Source: Candidatus Bipolaricaulia bacterium (GTDB lineage: Bacteria > Bipolaricaulota > Bipolaricaulia > JBHIAT01). From it: a stretch of 14,776 bases of DNA. The position numbers and the translations under genes are program-made. The notes beneath the pieces are model-generated. The model did no database searches and was not told the DNA's origin. It saw only the letters and a list, made by a program, of their open reading frames with translations. The DNA is taken from assembly GCA_046758705.1 (NCBI GenBank), contig JBHIAT010000085.1, forward strand, positions 1 through 14,776, given 5' to 3'. Shown piece after piece: positions 1 through 9,579 of this stretch. The first letter of the stretch is position 1. Each line of letters opens with the position of its first letter.

Positions 1-1
1 A

Positions 2-1165
2 AAGCAAACGCAGAACCGTGAGAGAGATCTGGAGCTGATGTTCCGATTGCTCCAGAAAGGAAGCTCCGACGCCGAACGGCGGATCGTCGAGGCGAAGTTC
101 GAATTGGTACAAGCGGTCGCTGCGGAGCTTTCCGGCTTGAGCCAACCATCGGATGAACTGATCCAGGCCGGCTATATCAGCCTATTAAACGCCATCCACA
201 GTTTCAATCCCTCTCAGAAAGGTGGATTCGGCTGGTTCGACAACTATGCGACCCTCCTGATCCAGGAGGGGATCCGGCGCCACCTTCAGGAAAAACCGTC
301 CGATGAGTTCCCTGAGTGGATACAGATGCTCAGTGGGAAGGTGAGGATCGCCATCGCTGCCTTCTTCGAGGAACATAGTCGATTCCCGTCGGTCGCCGAG
401 CTCTCCAATGAGCTCAACATCAAGCAAGCAGGGATTCTGGAGATCCTCAAAGCCGGGGGGGCAGAGGAGATCGACGCCGATAAGATCCGGAGCAAACGAC
501 CTAGGACGTTCAAACTCTCTATCGAGGACATGATCCGGATCGCAAGAGCCATCGAGAAGGTCTCTAAGGTTCAGCGGACGGTGGTTCAGAGGCTGTTGCG
601 CATCGGCAAATCCGAGGCGACCGAAGCGGATGGATCTCAGGTGAACGAGCCGGACGAAGGCAGTCATGACGAACGCAAGTATCTGGAGCAGTTGGAGCGG
701 GAGCTCGATCACCTGCGCAACTTCATCACCGCGATCGATACCATAAATACCGATACCGATACCGATACCGATATCCATGAGGAAGCCAGGATTCAAAAAG
801 AAGATGTAACCAACCGGAAGTTGTTTTTCAATTTGTATCAGGAGTACCAGGAGCAGGGGCAGAAATTGACCTCTCTCCAGTTCAAACAGTGGTCCAGAAA
901 ACGGATCGAGGCGCTTAAAGGGCGACAGATTCAATGGTGGGGACAAGTCTTAGATGTGCATGAAATGGACGGGGGAATCCGAATCGACGTTCAGGCGTTA
1001 CCCACCGTCCACAACGTACATCTCTATCTCAAACTACCGATGGACCGGCTTGAGGAGGTGCTGGAGCAGGAAAGAGGTGCACTCACCATCTTTAGGGGTG
1101 TGATCAGCCAGATCCAGAGTGAACCATTTGCTATGACGTTGACCGATGTGGAATTTGCTGAATAA
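2..1165 (+). CDS. Sigma-70 family (SigB/SigF/FliA-like) protein, probably 5'-partial; regions 2 and 3 present, region-4 HTH apparently absent, C-terminal coiled coil plus OB-fold-like domain
   Basis: Frame is open from nt 2 (KQTQNRERDLELM...), so the ATG at 38 may not be the true start. Region 2-like DELIQAGYISLLNAIHSFNP...FDNYATLLIQEGIRRHLQE; region 3-like PEWIQ...RFPSVAELSNELNI; start of region 4 IEDMIRIARAIEKVSKVQRTVV, followed by unrelated sequence. Confidence 0.75.
   Translation, partial: KQTQNRERDLELMFRLLQKGSSDAERRIVEAKFELVQAVAAELSGLSQPSDELIQAGYISLLNAIHSFNPSQKGGFGWFDNYATLLIQEGIRRHLQEKPSDEFPEWIQMLSGKVRIAIAAFFEEHSRFPSVAELSNELNIKQAGILEILKAGGAEEIDADKIRSKRPRTFKLSIEDMIRIARAIEKVSKVQRTVVQRLLRIGKSEATEADGSQVNEPDEGSHDERKYLEQLERELDHLRNFITAIDTINTDTDTDTDIHEEARIQKEDVTNRKLFFNLYQEYQEQGQKLTSLQFKQWSRKRIEALKGRQIQWWGQVLDVHEMDGGIRIDVQALPTVHNVHLYLKLPMDRLEEVLEQERGALTIFRGVISQIQSEPFAMTLTDVEFAE
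747..773 (+). repeat. Hexanucleotide tandem repeat (ATACCG)x4.5 encoding TDTDTDTD
   Basis: ATACCG ATACCG ATACCG ATACCG ATA read directly from the sequence; in frame, in the linker before the C-terminal domain. Confidence 0.95.
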
Positions 1166-1193
1166 CGTATCTCTTACCGTAAAAGCACATTAA

Positions 1194-2687
<1,494 letters not shown>

Positions 2688-2763
2688 TGAGCATGTCGTG
2701 ATGGGTGAATGCTGAAGCGTATCCATTGCAGCCCATCGGGTTATCGGATATATTAAGGTCGCT

Positions 2764-4497
2764 ATGGCGAATCGGATCTTTAAGGCAGTTATGTCCTTAG
2801 GGGTGCTGTTGGCAATCGTCGCTGCCCTGTCTGTCAGCTTCGGACGGTTGGTCTGGGAACGTGAGTACAAGGACGTCGGAATCACCATCGAATACAAGGA
2901 CGTGGTAAAACTCTCCTCCAAACACGGCTATCCCGATGGGGAATTACTGTTCCAGTTGCGCGAGCGGAAGGTCGATTCGCTCACCCTCTATCCGGTGGAG
3001 CTGGAGGAATTTGCAGCACTGCTCACGCCGGTGGAGCTGGAGATGGAGGAGGAGGAAAAGGGAGGACCGCTCGTCGGCAGGTTCTTCGAGAGCGATGTGA
3101 CGAAGTTGCGTGCGATGGGGTTTGGGATCGTCCTCCGGCCGATCAATTTCCAACCTCCCACGAGCGATCCCGTGTTCTTCGAAAGATACCTGGAAAGACT
3201 GGGCGACCTCGAGCCACGGCAGATCATCTTCGGGGGCCGGGAGGTGCTGGGGTACCCGGATTACCTCGAGGAGACCACCGCTTTTCTCAAGGAACATAGC
3301 AGCCTGGTGGGCCACATAGAGTTCGGGAATCAGTTAGGAATGGGAACTCTGGTCGATGGGGTAACCGATCAATTCGTCCGGGTCCATAGCATCACCCGAG
3401 ACGAGATGAAGTCGATCACGATCGATGATGCGCTGGCCCGCTGGGAACGGGCGGTAGAGGAAAGGAACATCCGCAGGCTATACGTACGGTTCTTCGAGGA
3501 TAAGACGGTGGAGGAAAACCTCAGCTACGTGGAGAGTCTGGTGAATCGTCTGAATGATAGCGGTTTCCAGGTAGGTAGGGTGAGCCTGGCTGAGCCATTC
3601 GAGGTGCAAGATCGGTGGTTGCTCGTCATGATGATCGGTGCGGTCAGCTTGGGCATGTTGAACGTGAATCGGGTCTGGAAGCCGCAGTTCCTTATCAACC
3701 TGCTGCTGTGGGTGATAGGGATAGCCATCGTCATCACTGGGTTGAGGTTGGACACGCTGCTCACCCGCCAGGCGGTTGCCCTGGCGCTTGCCTTGCTGAT
3801 CCCGGTCTCCGCGTTCCTCTATCTGCGTCCCGTTCTTATAGGCGAGCGGGAGACGATCGGAAGCGCACTGGGGGGTGGGATGTTGGTCTTGGTCTACTCG
3901 TCTCTCATCGTAGTCTTGGGAGGGATCGGGATTGGCGCGCTGCTGAGCGGGGAGGAGTTCTTCCTGAAGCTCAGGGAGTTTCGCGGCGTCAAACTGTCGT
4001 TGGTTGCCCCGTTGGTGTTGGTGTTCATCACCTATTTCATCGTGGTCGGCAGGGACCGGTTCAAAGCGTTTGTGACCAGGCAGATCAGGATGGGCGATCT
4101 GATCCTGATCGGGCTGGGGGGGGCGGCCCTGGTGATGGTGGTGTTGCGCAGCGGAAATTTCTCGATCGTTCCGGTTCCCGAGTTGGAGGTGTTCTCCAGG
4201 CGTTTTCTGGAGGAATCCCTGTTCGCCAGGCCCCGGTTCAAGGAGTTCCTCTTCGGCCATCCGTTGCTGTTCCTGTGGGGAGGGGTGGGCTTCAGAAGCC
4301 TGCGCGACTATGATGTCATCGTGTTACTCCTCGGTATGATCGGCCAAGTCTCGATTATCAACACCTTCGCTCACCTGCACACTCCTCTGATCGTCTCACT
4401 GTCCAGGACGGCCATCGGGGTAGCGCTGGGAATCATCGTTGGGGTGATCCTGGTGGTGATCTTCAAGGAGGGTGAACGGTTTTGGACGAGGAGCTGA
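2764..4497 (+). CDS. DUF5693-like polytopic membrane protein (csaB-associated)
   Basis: N-terminal TM helix, an extracytoplasmic domain (RAVEERNIR), then multiple TM helices with FRGVKL, RPRFKEFLFGHP and SIINTFAHLHTP motifs; overlaps csaB, matching the usual pairing of this family. Confidence 0.8.
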   Translation: MANRIFKAVMSLGVLLAIVAALSVSFGRLVWEREYKDVGITIEYKDVVKLSSKHGYPDGELLFQLRERKVDSLTLYPVELEEFAALLTPVELEMEEEEKGGPLVGRFFESDVTKLRAMGFGIVLRPINFQPPTSDPVFFERYLERLGDLEPRQIIFGGREVLGYPDYLEETTAFLKEHSSLVGHIEFGNQLGMGTLVDGVTDQFVRVHSITRDEMKSITIDDALARWERAVEERNIRRLYVRFFEDKTVEENLSYVESLVNRLNDSGFQVGRVSLAEPFEVQDRWLLVMMIGAVSLGMLNVNRVWKPQFLINLLLWVIGIAIVITGLRLDTLLTRQAVALALALLIPVSAFLYLRPVLIGERETIGSALGGGMLVLVYSSLIVVLGGIGIGALLSGEEFFLKLREFRGVKLSLVAPLVLVFITYFIVVGRDRFKAFVTRQIRMGDLILIGLGGAALVMVVLRSGNFSIVPVPELEVFSRRFLEESLFARPRFKEFLFGHPLLFLWGGVGFRSLRDYDVIVLLLGMIGQVSIINTFAHLHTPLIVSLSRTAIGVALGIIVGVILVVIFKEGERFWTRS

Positions 4498-5666
4498 GTC
4501 AAGGGCAAGGCGAAGGGCAAGATCAAGAGCAGGAGCGCAACGCGGCGCAGGGCAAATTTCTGATCGTAGGGTACTATGGGTTCGGCAACTTCGGCGACGA
4601 GGCGATCCTGGCCAGCTTGGTGAGCGGCCTGTGCCTCCGATTCCCCGATGTCGAGCTGGTCATCCTGTCCAAAGACCCACAGGAGACGAGCGAACGGCAC
4701 GGAGTGCGGGCGATCAACCGCTGGAACCTGTTTTCCATCGTTCGAGAGTTGCGCAAGACCACGCTGTTCATCAGCGGGGGTGGCGGACTGCTGCAAGACA
4801 GCACCAGCCGCCGATCCCTCTGGTATTATCTGTCTTTGATCCTGCTCGCCCGCTTGTCCAGGAAACCGATCTTCTTGATCGGCCAGGGGATCGGTCCGAT
4901 CCGAAGCGAGCTGAACCGTCGGTTGACGGCGATCGTGCTGCGCTGGGTCGATTTCATCTCGGTGCGGGATGAAACCAGCCTATGGCTGTTAAGAGACTGG
5001 GGTGTGGACGAGGATCGACTGCTGCTCGGCGAGGACCTCGCTCTGTGCCTGGAGAACCGGGACGATGCGAAGGGATTAAGCCTGGGGTCCGCGGATGATA
5101 ACCGGAATCTGTTGGGTGTCGCGTTGAAGGAGGGCGCCCGGAATCAGGAACGGTTCACCCGTTCGATGGCCGAGGCTCTGGACGAGGCGAGCCGCCGTTG
5201 GGGGCTTCAGGTGGTGTTCTTCTCTACCTTTCCCGATCAGGATCTTAAGATCGCCGAGGAGATCCGTGACAGGATGCAGGAGCGAGCGTTCATCGTCAAC
5301 TCGGCACACCTATCGGTCCGGGAGATGATCAACCTGATCGATGAGGCCCGGATCGTTATCGGAACCCGGCTCCATGTGCTGGAGTTCGCCGCCCTCTCGG
5401 GAATCCCGTTCATCGCCCTCAGCTACGATCCGAAGGTGGATGCGTTCGTCGAACGCCTGGAACAGGCCTCGGATCTACAGATATCGCTCTGGAGCGTCGA
5501 TAGGATCGAAAGCGGGCAGATCATCCAGGAGCTCGGCAGGTTGATCGAACACGAACAGAATTACCGGGAGCGGTTAAAACACGGGGCTGAGTATTTGGGC
5601 CGATCGGTTCACAAAAGCTTCGAGACGCTATGCGAACGGATCTGGGAACGGATTCAAGTAGACTGA
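4482..5666 (+). CDS. csaB: Polysaccharide pyruvyl transferase CsaB
   Basis: GYYGFGNFGDEAIL, ISGGGGLLQDSTSRRSLWYY, GQGIGP, ISVRD, GTRLH and LSYDPKV motifs. TTG start preceded by AAGGAGGG. Confidence 0.9.
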   Translation: MDEELSQGQGEGQDQEQERNAAQGKFLIVGYYGFGNFGDEAILASLVSGLCLRFPDVELVILSKDPQETSERHGVRAINRWNLFSIVRELRKTTLFISGGGGLLQDSTSRRSLWYYLSLILLARLSRKPIFLIGQGIGPIRSELNRRLTAIVLRWVDFISVRDETSLWLLRDWGVDEDRLLLGEDLALCLENRDDAKGLSLGSADDNRNLLGVALKEGARNQERFTRSMAEALDEASRRWGLQVVFFSTFPDQDLKIAEEIRDRMQERAFIVNSAHLSVREMINLIDEARIVIGTRLHVLEFAALSGIPFIALSYDPKVDAFVERLEQASDLQISLWSVDRIESGQIIQELGRLIEHEQNYRERLKHGAEYLGRSVHKSFETLCERIWERIQVD

Positions 5667-5676
5667 ACCTGAACCG

Positions 5677-5877
5677 ATGAAATGGCTGTTGATTGCCGTT
5701 CTGCTTGTCTTGGTGATCGTCTTGGGTCTCCCGGTCCTGAGCGGTGAAGTCGAGTGGTTAAAGAGCTTCGAACCTGAAGAGCTCGGATCGTTCTTCTTTG
5801 GAGTGCTCGACTACTGGATAACGGTCGTCAAGACGATATTGAGGCTTCAGCAGGATCAGGAGCCTCAAGTGATCTAA
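5677..5877 (+). CDS. Small hypothetical membrane/secreted protein (66 aa)
   Basis: ATG start, hydrophobic N-terminus (MKWLLIAVLLVLVIVLGLPVL) and an amphipathic second helix; fills the gap between csaB and rsmH almost exactly. Confidence 0.6.
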   Translation: MKWLLIAVLLVLVIVLGLPVLSGEVEWLKSFEPEELGSFFFGVLDYWITVVKTILRLQQDQEPQVI

Positions 5878-5908
5878 TTCTAGATTGGAGTCGGAATCCC
5901 CTAACGGC

Positions 5909-6850
5909 ATGGAACATCAACCGGTCCTGCTCGACCGAGCGATCGAGCTTCTCGATGTCAAATCGGATGGGATCTATGTGGACGCCACCGTCGGAGGCGG
6001 CGGCCATGCACTAGAGATCGCCAGGCGGCTCTCCGTTTCCGGGAGGCTCATCGGGATCGATCTGGATCGCGACGCACTAGAGATCGCTGCAACCCAACTC
6101 AAACCGTTCTCCGAATGGGTGACCCTCATCCACGGGAACTTCGCTGAACTTGACAGGTTGCTTGATCGGGTCGGCGTAGACCGGGTCGATGGGATCTTGT
6201 TCGATCTCGGCCTGTCCTCGATGCAGCTCGATACCCCTGAGCGAGGGTTCAGCTTCCGATTCGATGCGAAGCTCGACATGCGCATGGACCCAAATGGCAA
6301 CCCGCTGACGGCCGAGGAAGTGATCAATACTGATTCCCAAGCTGAATTGGAACGGGTGTTTCGGGAGTCCGGTGAAACGCGCTGGGGAAAACGGATTGCG
6401 GAGGCGATCGTCAAAACGAGAAAAACGGAGAGAATCGAGACGACCGGCCAGCTGGTTGAGACGGTGAAGAGTGCGATCCCAACGGGATATCAGCGCAATA
6501 TGAACATCCATCCGGCTACCAAAATCTTCCAAGCACTTCGGATTATCGTCAATAATGAGTTGACAAACCTGCGACGAGGGATTATAATAGGCTCCCATTG
6601 TCTCAAGGTGGGAGGGGTCATAGTGGTCATCGCCTATCATTCCCTTGAGGACCGGATTGTCAAAGGGATCTTCGTCGAGCAGGCGAGCGATTGCATCTGT
6701 CCACCGGAGTGGCCGGTCTGTCGTTGTGATAAGGAGCGAGAGGGAGAGATTCTCACCAAACGACCGATTCAGCCCGACGCTGAGCAGGTGGCCTGTAACC
6801 CCCGATCGAGAAGTGCGAGGCTCAGAGCGATCCGGAAGCTGATCGGTTGA
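5909..6850 (+). CDS. rsmH: 16S rRNA m4C1402 methyltransferase RsmH (MraW)
   Basis: HQPVLL, VDATVGGGGHA, DLGLSSMQLD..ERGFSF, LDMRMD, HPATKIFQALRIIVNNEL, YHSLEDRIVK, NPRSRSARLR. ATG 5909 fits family length; TTG 5885 is an alternative start. Confidence 0.97.
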   Translation: MEHQPVLLDRAIELLDVKSDGIYVDATVGGGGHALEIARRLSVSGRLIGIDLDRDALEIAATQLKPFSEWVTLIHGNFAELDRLLDRVGVDRVDGILFDLGLSSMQLDTPERGFSFRFDAKLDMRMDPNGNPLTAEEVINTDSQAELERVFRESGETRWGKRIAEAIVKTRKTERIETTGQLVETVKSAIPTGYQRNMNIHPATKIFQALRIIVNNELTNLRRGIIIGSHCLKVGGVIVVIAYHSLEDRIVKGIFVEQASDCICPPEWPVCRCDKEREGEILTKRPIQPDAEQVACNPRSRSARLRAIRKLIG

Positions 6851-6884
6851 GCAAAGCCAACGTTTAGAACAGGAGGTAGGTGGG

Positions 6885-7355
6885 GTGGCGCTTAGAAGGG
6901 CCAAGGGGCTGAGTCTCACTATCACCCAGCAGACTTACACAACTGGGGTCTCAATCGCTACGGAGCGAGAGCAACATGAGGCGTTTCTCACCCCAGCGAG
7001 AACAGTTGGCATCATTCTGCTCATCCTCGTGACCCTGGGGTGCCTCATCTACCTGTGGCAGTCGTGGGAGCATCGACAGCTGGTGCAACGGGTGCGGATC
7101 GGTCAGGAAAGTTTGACCAGACTGCAAGCGGAGCACCAGCAGTTGGAATTCGAACTCGCCCAGTACCACTCCCTGGATCGGATCGAGCGGATCGCTCGGG
7201 AGAGGTTGGGAATGGCAGAGCCGGAGACAGTGGTGTACGTCCCGCGCCCCCTGTTTCCGCTCCTGGCCTCCAAGGGGACGCAAGCGGAACCTGCTCGTTC
7301 ATCTGAGGTCGAGGCCGAGGCTGAGGTCGCAATCCAGCCTGGGTCGGAACGCTGA
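6885..7355 (+). CDS. ftsL: Cell division protein FtsL / septum formation initiator family
   Basis: Single TM segment, then a coiled coil and SLDRIERIARERLGM motif; canonical position between rsmH and ftsI; AGGAGG RBS 8 nt before GTG; TGATG overlap with ftsI. Confidence 0.85.
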   Translation: MALRRAKGLSLTITQQTYTTGVSIATEREQHEAFLTPARTVGIILLILVTLGCLIYLWQSWEHRQLVQRVRIGQESLTRLQAEHQQLEFELAQYHSLDRIERIARERLGMAEPETVVYVPRPLFPLLASKGTQAEPARSSEVEAEAEVAIQPGSER

Positions 7356-9085
7356 TGAGATGGAAGGTGCTATCGATCGCCACCCTGGTGATACTCGCTT
7401 CCGGGGTCGTCTTGGGAAGACTCGTCTATCTCCAGGTGTTCCAACATGAATTGTGGAGCAGTCGGGCGGAGGCGATCCAAACCCAGGTCATCCGGGTTCC
7501 TGCGAATCGGGGGCGACTGTTCGACCGGAACGGCATACTCCTGGCCGACAACCTGAGAACCATCGATATCGCCGTCGATCCGTCCTACCTGACCGAGCCT
7601 GAACTGCTCAAACCGATTCTGAGCCAGGAACTCGGACTCGATGCTGCCTACCTGAACGCCCAGCTGTCCCGGGAGGGCCGGTTCGCATGGATTCGTCGTC
7701 AGGTGCCCCTGGCGATGGCAGACCGAATCCGACGTAGGGCGGAGATCAGCGGGATCCGGGGACTCATCTTCCTCGACTCGACAAAACGGATCTACCCCCA
7801 AGGGCAATTGGCAGCCAACGTGATCGGGTTCGCCGGGGTCGACAATCAGGGGCTGGAAGGGATCGAATTCGGATTGGACGAGTTGTTGGACGGCGAGGAC
7901 CGGGTCGCCCGGTTGGTGAGCTACACGAGTGAGATCGCCGAGGTCATCGAAACGGGCCGGCCGGGCCACGATGTCTACCTGACCCTGGACAGCCAGATCC
8001 AGCATATCGCCGAGAGCGAAGTGGATCGGGGAGTGAACGAATTTCTGGCCCGGCACGGGTTCGCCGTGGTGATGAACGTCAATACCGGTGAGATCCTGGC
8101 GATGGCTCAGGACGCCCGCCCCGATCCGAACGACTTTCAGAGCACCTCCCCCGATCAGTGGCGTAACCGCGCGATCTCCTACATGTTCGAACCCGGTTCT
8201 TCGTTAAAGATATTCGCCGGGCTGGCCGCGCTTGAGAACGGGGCCATCGAACTCGATGAGCAGGTCAGCGGGGACGAGCCGGTGGTGATCGCCGGACACG
8301 CCTTCCACAACGCTGAAAACATCAACTACGGGATGGTCACCCTGAGAGATATCATCCAGTTGTCGATCAACACCGGGATGATCCGGGTGGCTCAACAGCT
8401 CGGCCCGGAACCCCTGTATGCGTTCTTGAAGCAGCTGAGATTTGGGGAGCGGACCGGTCTGAACGGTCTGAGCGGGGAGGCTGCCGGAATGCTGCGTCCC
8501 GTCGAAAATTGGTCAGAGCTCGCCATCGGTGCGGTCCCCATTGGTCAGTCGATCGCGGTCACCGGCCTTCAGTTGATCACCCGAGCGGCGGCGATCGCTA
8601 AGGATGGTCTGCTTCTCAAACCGCAACTCGTCCTCCGGGTCGAGGATCGTGAAGGGAACCTGGTCCAGCGCGCCCGACCCGAGGTGCTCGAACGGGTGAT
8701 CTCCGAGGAAAATGCCCGGATCATGAAGCAGATCATGCGTCAGGCGGTGATGGACGGCACCGGGCGCTGGGCCGAGGTGGAGGGCTTCGAAGTGGCGGGC
8801 AAGACCGGCACCGCCCAGAAGGCGAGCCCTGAAGGCGGCTACGCCGAAGGGAAGTTCACGTCGCTGTTCGTCGGTTTTTTCCCGGCGTCACATCCGCAGC
8901 TGGCCATACTGGTTGTCTTGGATGAGGTTCAGGTGAAACCGTTCTGGGGCGGCCAGACGGCCGGGGTGATCTTCCAGCGCATGGCAAGACGAATCGTCGA
9001 ACGTAAGCGGATTCCACCGGTCGTGGTCGCAGACGTTGAGCCGGTGCAACCAGAACCACTCCTCTTCGCCCCGCTCCTACCCTGA
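7355..9085 (+). CDS. ftsI: Class B penicillin-binding protein, FtsI/PBP3-like transpeptidase
   Basis: N-terminal TM, RGRLFDRNG, RIYPQG, GLEGIE, LTLDSQIQ; catalytic motifs SxxK (EPGSSLK), SxN (SIN) and KTG (GKTGTAQK); no PASTA domain visible. Confidence 0.92.
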   Translation: MRWKVLSIATLVILASGVVLGRLVYLQVFQHELWSSRAEAIQTQVIRVPANRGRLFDRNGILLADNLRTIDIAVDPSYLTEPELLKPILSQELGLDAAYLNAQLSREGRFAWIRRQVPLAMADRIRRRAEISGIRGLIFLDSTKRIYPQGQLAANVIGFAGVDNQGLEGIEFGLDELLDGEDRVARLVSYTSEIAEVIETGRPGHDVYLTLDSQIQHIAESEVDRGVNEFLARHGFAVVMNVNTGEILAMAQDARPDPNDFQSTSPDQWRNRAISYMFEPGSSLKIFAGLAALENGAIELDEQVSGDEPVVIAGHAFHNAENINYGMVTLRDIIQLSINTGMIRVAQQLGPEPLYAFLKQLRFGERTGLNGLSGEAAGMLRPVENWSELAIGAVPIGQSIAVTGLQLITRAAAIAKDGLLLKPQLVLRVEDREGNLVQRARPEVLERVISEENARIMKQIMRQAVMDGTGRWAEVEGFEVAGKTGTAQKASPEGGYAEGKFTSLFVGFFPASHPQLAILVVLDEVQVKPFWGGQTAGVIFQRMARRIVERKRIPPVVVADVEPVQPEPLLFAPLLP

Positions 9086-9099
9086 GCAGCGCTCCGAAA

Positions 9100-9539
9100 A
9101 TGGTCTTATTCGTTGACGACGGTGGTGTGCTGAACGATAACACCCGGCGGTCACTGCAGTGGCAGCGGTTGCTGGGAGAGTTTTTTCCACCGATCCTGGG
9201 TGGCACACCCGAATCCTGGGCCGAGGCGAACCCTCAAGCGAATTAGAGGGCTATCTGGAAGGAATGGGCGTGCGAGATTGCTTCGGGCGCCTCTACGGAC
9301 CCGACCTGGTGGATACGCTGAAACGGGGTCCCGAGTACTATGTGCGAATCTTTACCGACGTAAGGGTATCTCCGGCCGATGCCCTGGTGATTGACGATCA
9401 ACCTCTCTTCATCAATTGGGCCGCCCAAGCCGGCGCGAAAACGGTGCTGGTTGGCCCGGCGGCCGACGAGGAGTGCAAGCCGGGCCTGATCATCGCCAGC
9501 CTGGCTGAACTGCCCCAGGCTCTGGAAACTATCGGGTGA
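9100..9539 (+). pseudogene. HAD-family hydrolase pseudogene (internal deletion with frameshift)
   Basis: An unlisted ORF at 9100-9246 (MVLFVDDGGVLNDN...WAEAN) holds HAD motif I. A different frame from ~9225 holds GEPSSELEGYL...LKRGPEYY...ALVIDD...AGAKTVLV (motifs III and IV). Most of the cap domain and motif II are missing. Confidence 0.8.
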
Positions 9540-9579
9540 AGGCTCATGAAGGAACGAGGAACTTAAGGAGGTGAAGCGT

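Noticed and set aside
4495-4540. Low-complexity QGQGEGQDQEQE stretch at the csaB N-terminus
   Set aside because: Imperfect short repeats in a probably disordered extension; no sign of a discrete element.
6692-6727. CICPPEWPVCRC cysteine cluster in RsmH as a novelty
   Set aside because: A common insertion in RsmH from many lineages.
9159-9224. N-terminus of the listed 126-aa ORF (MAAVAGRVFSTDPG...)
   Set aside because: Out-of-frame read of the real HAD N-terminal segment that starts near 9100.
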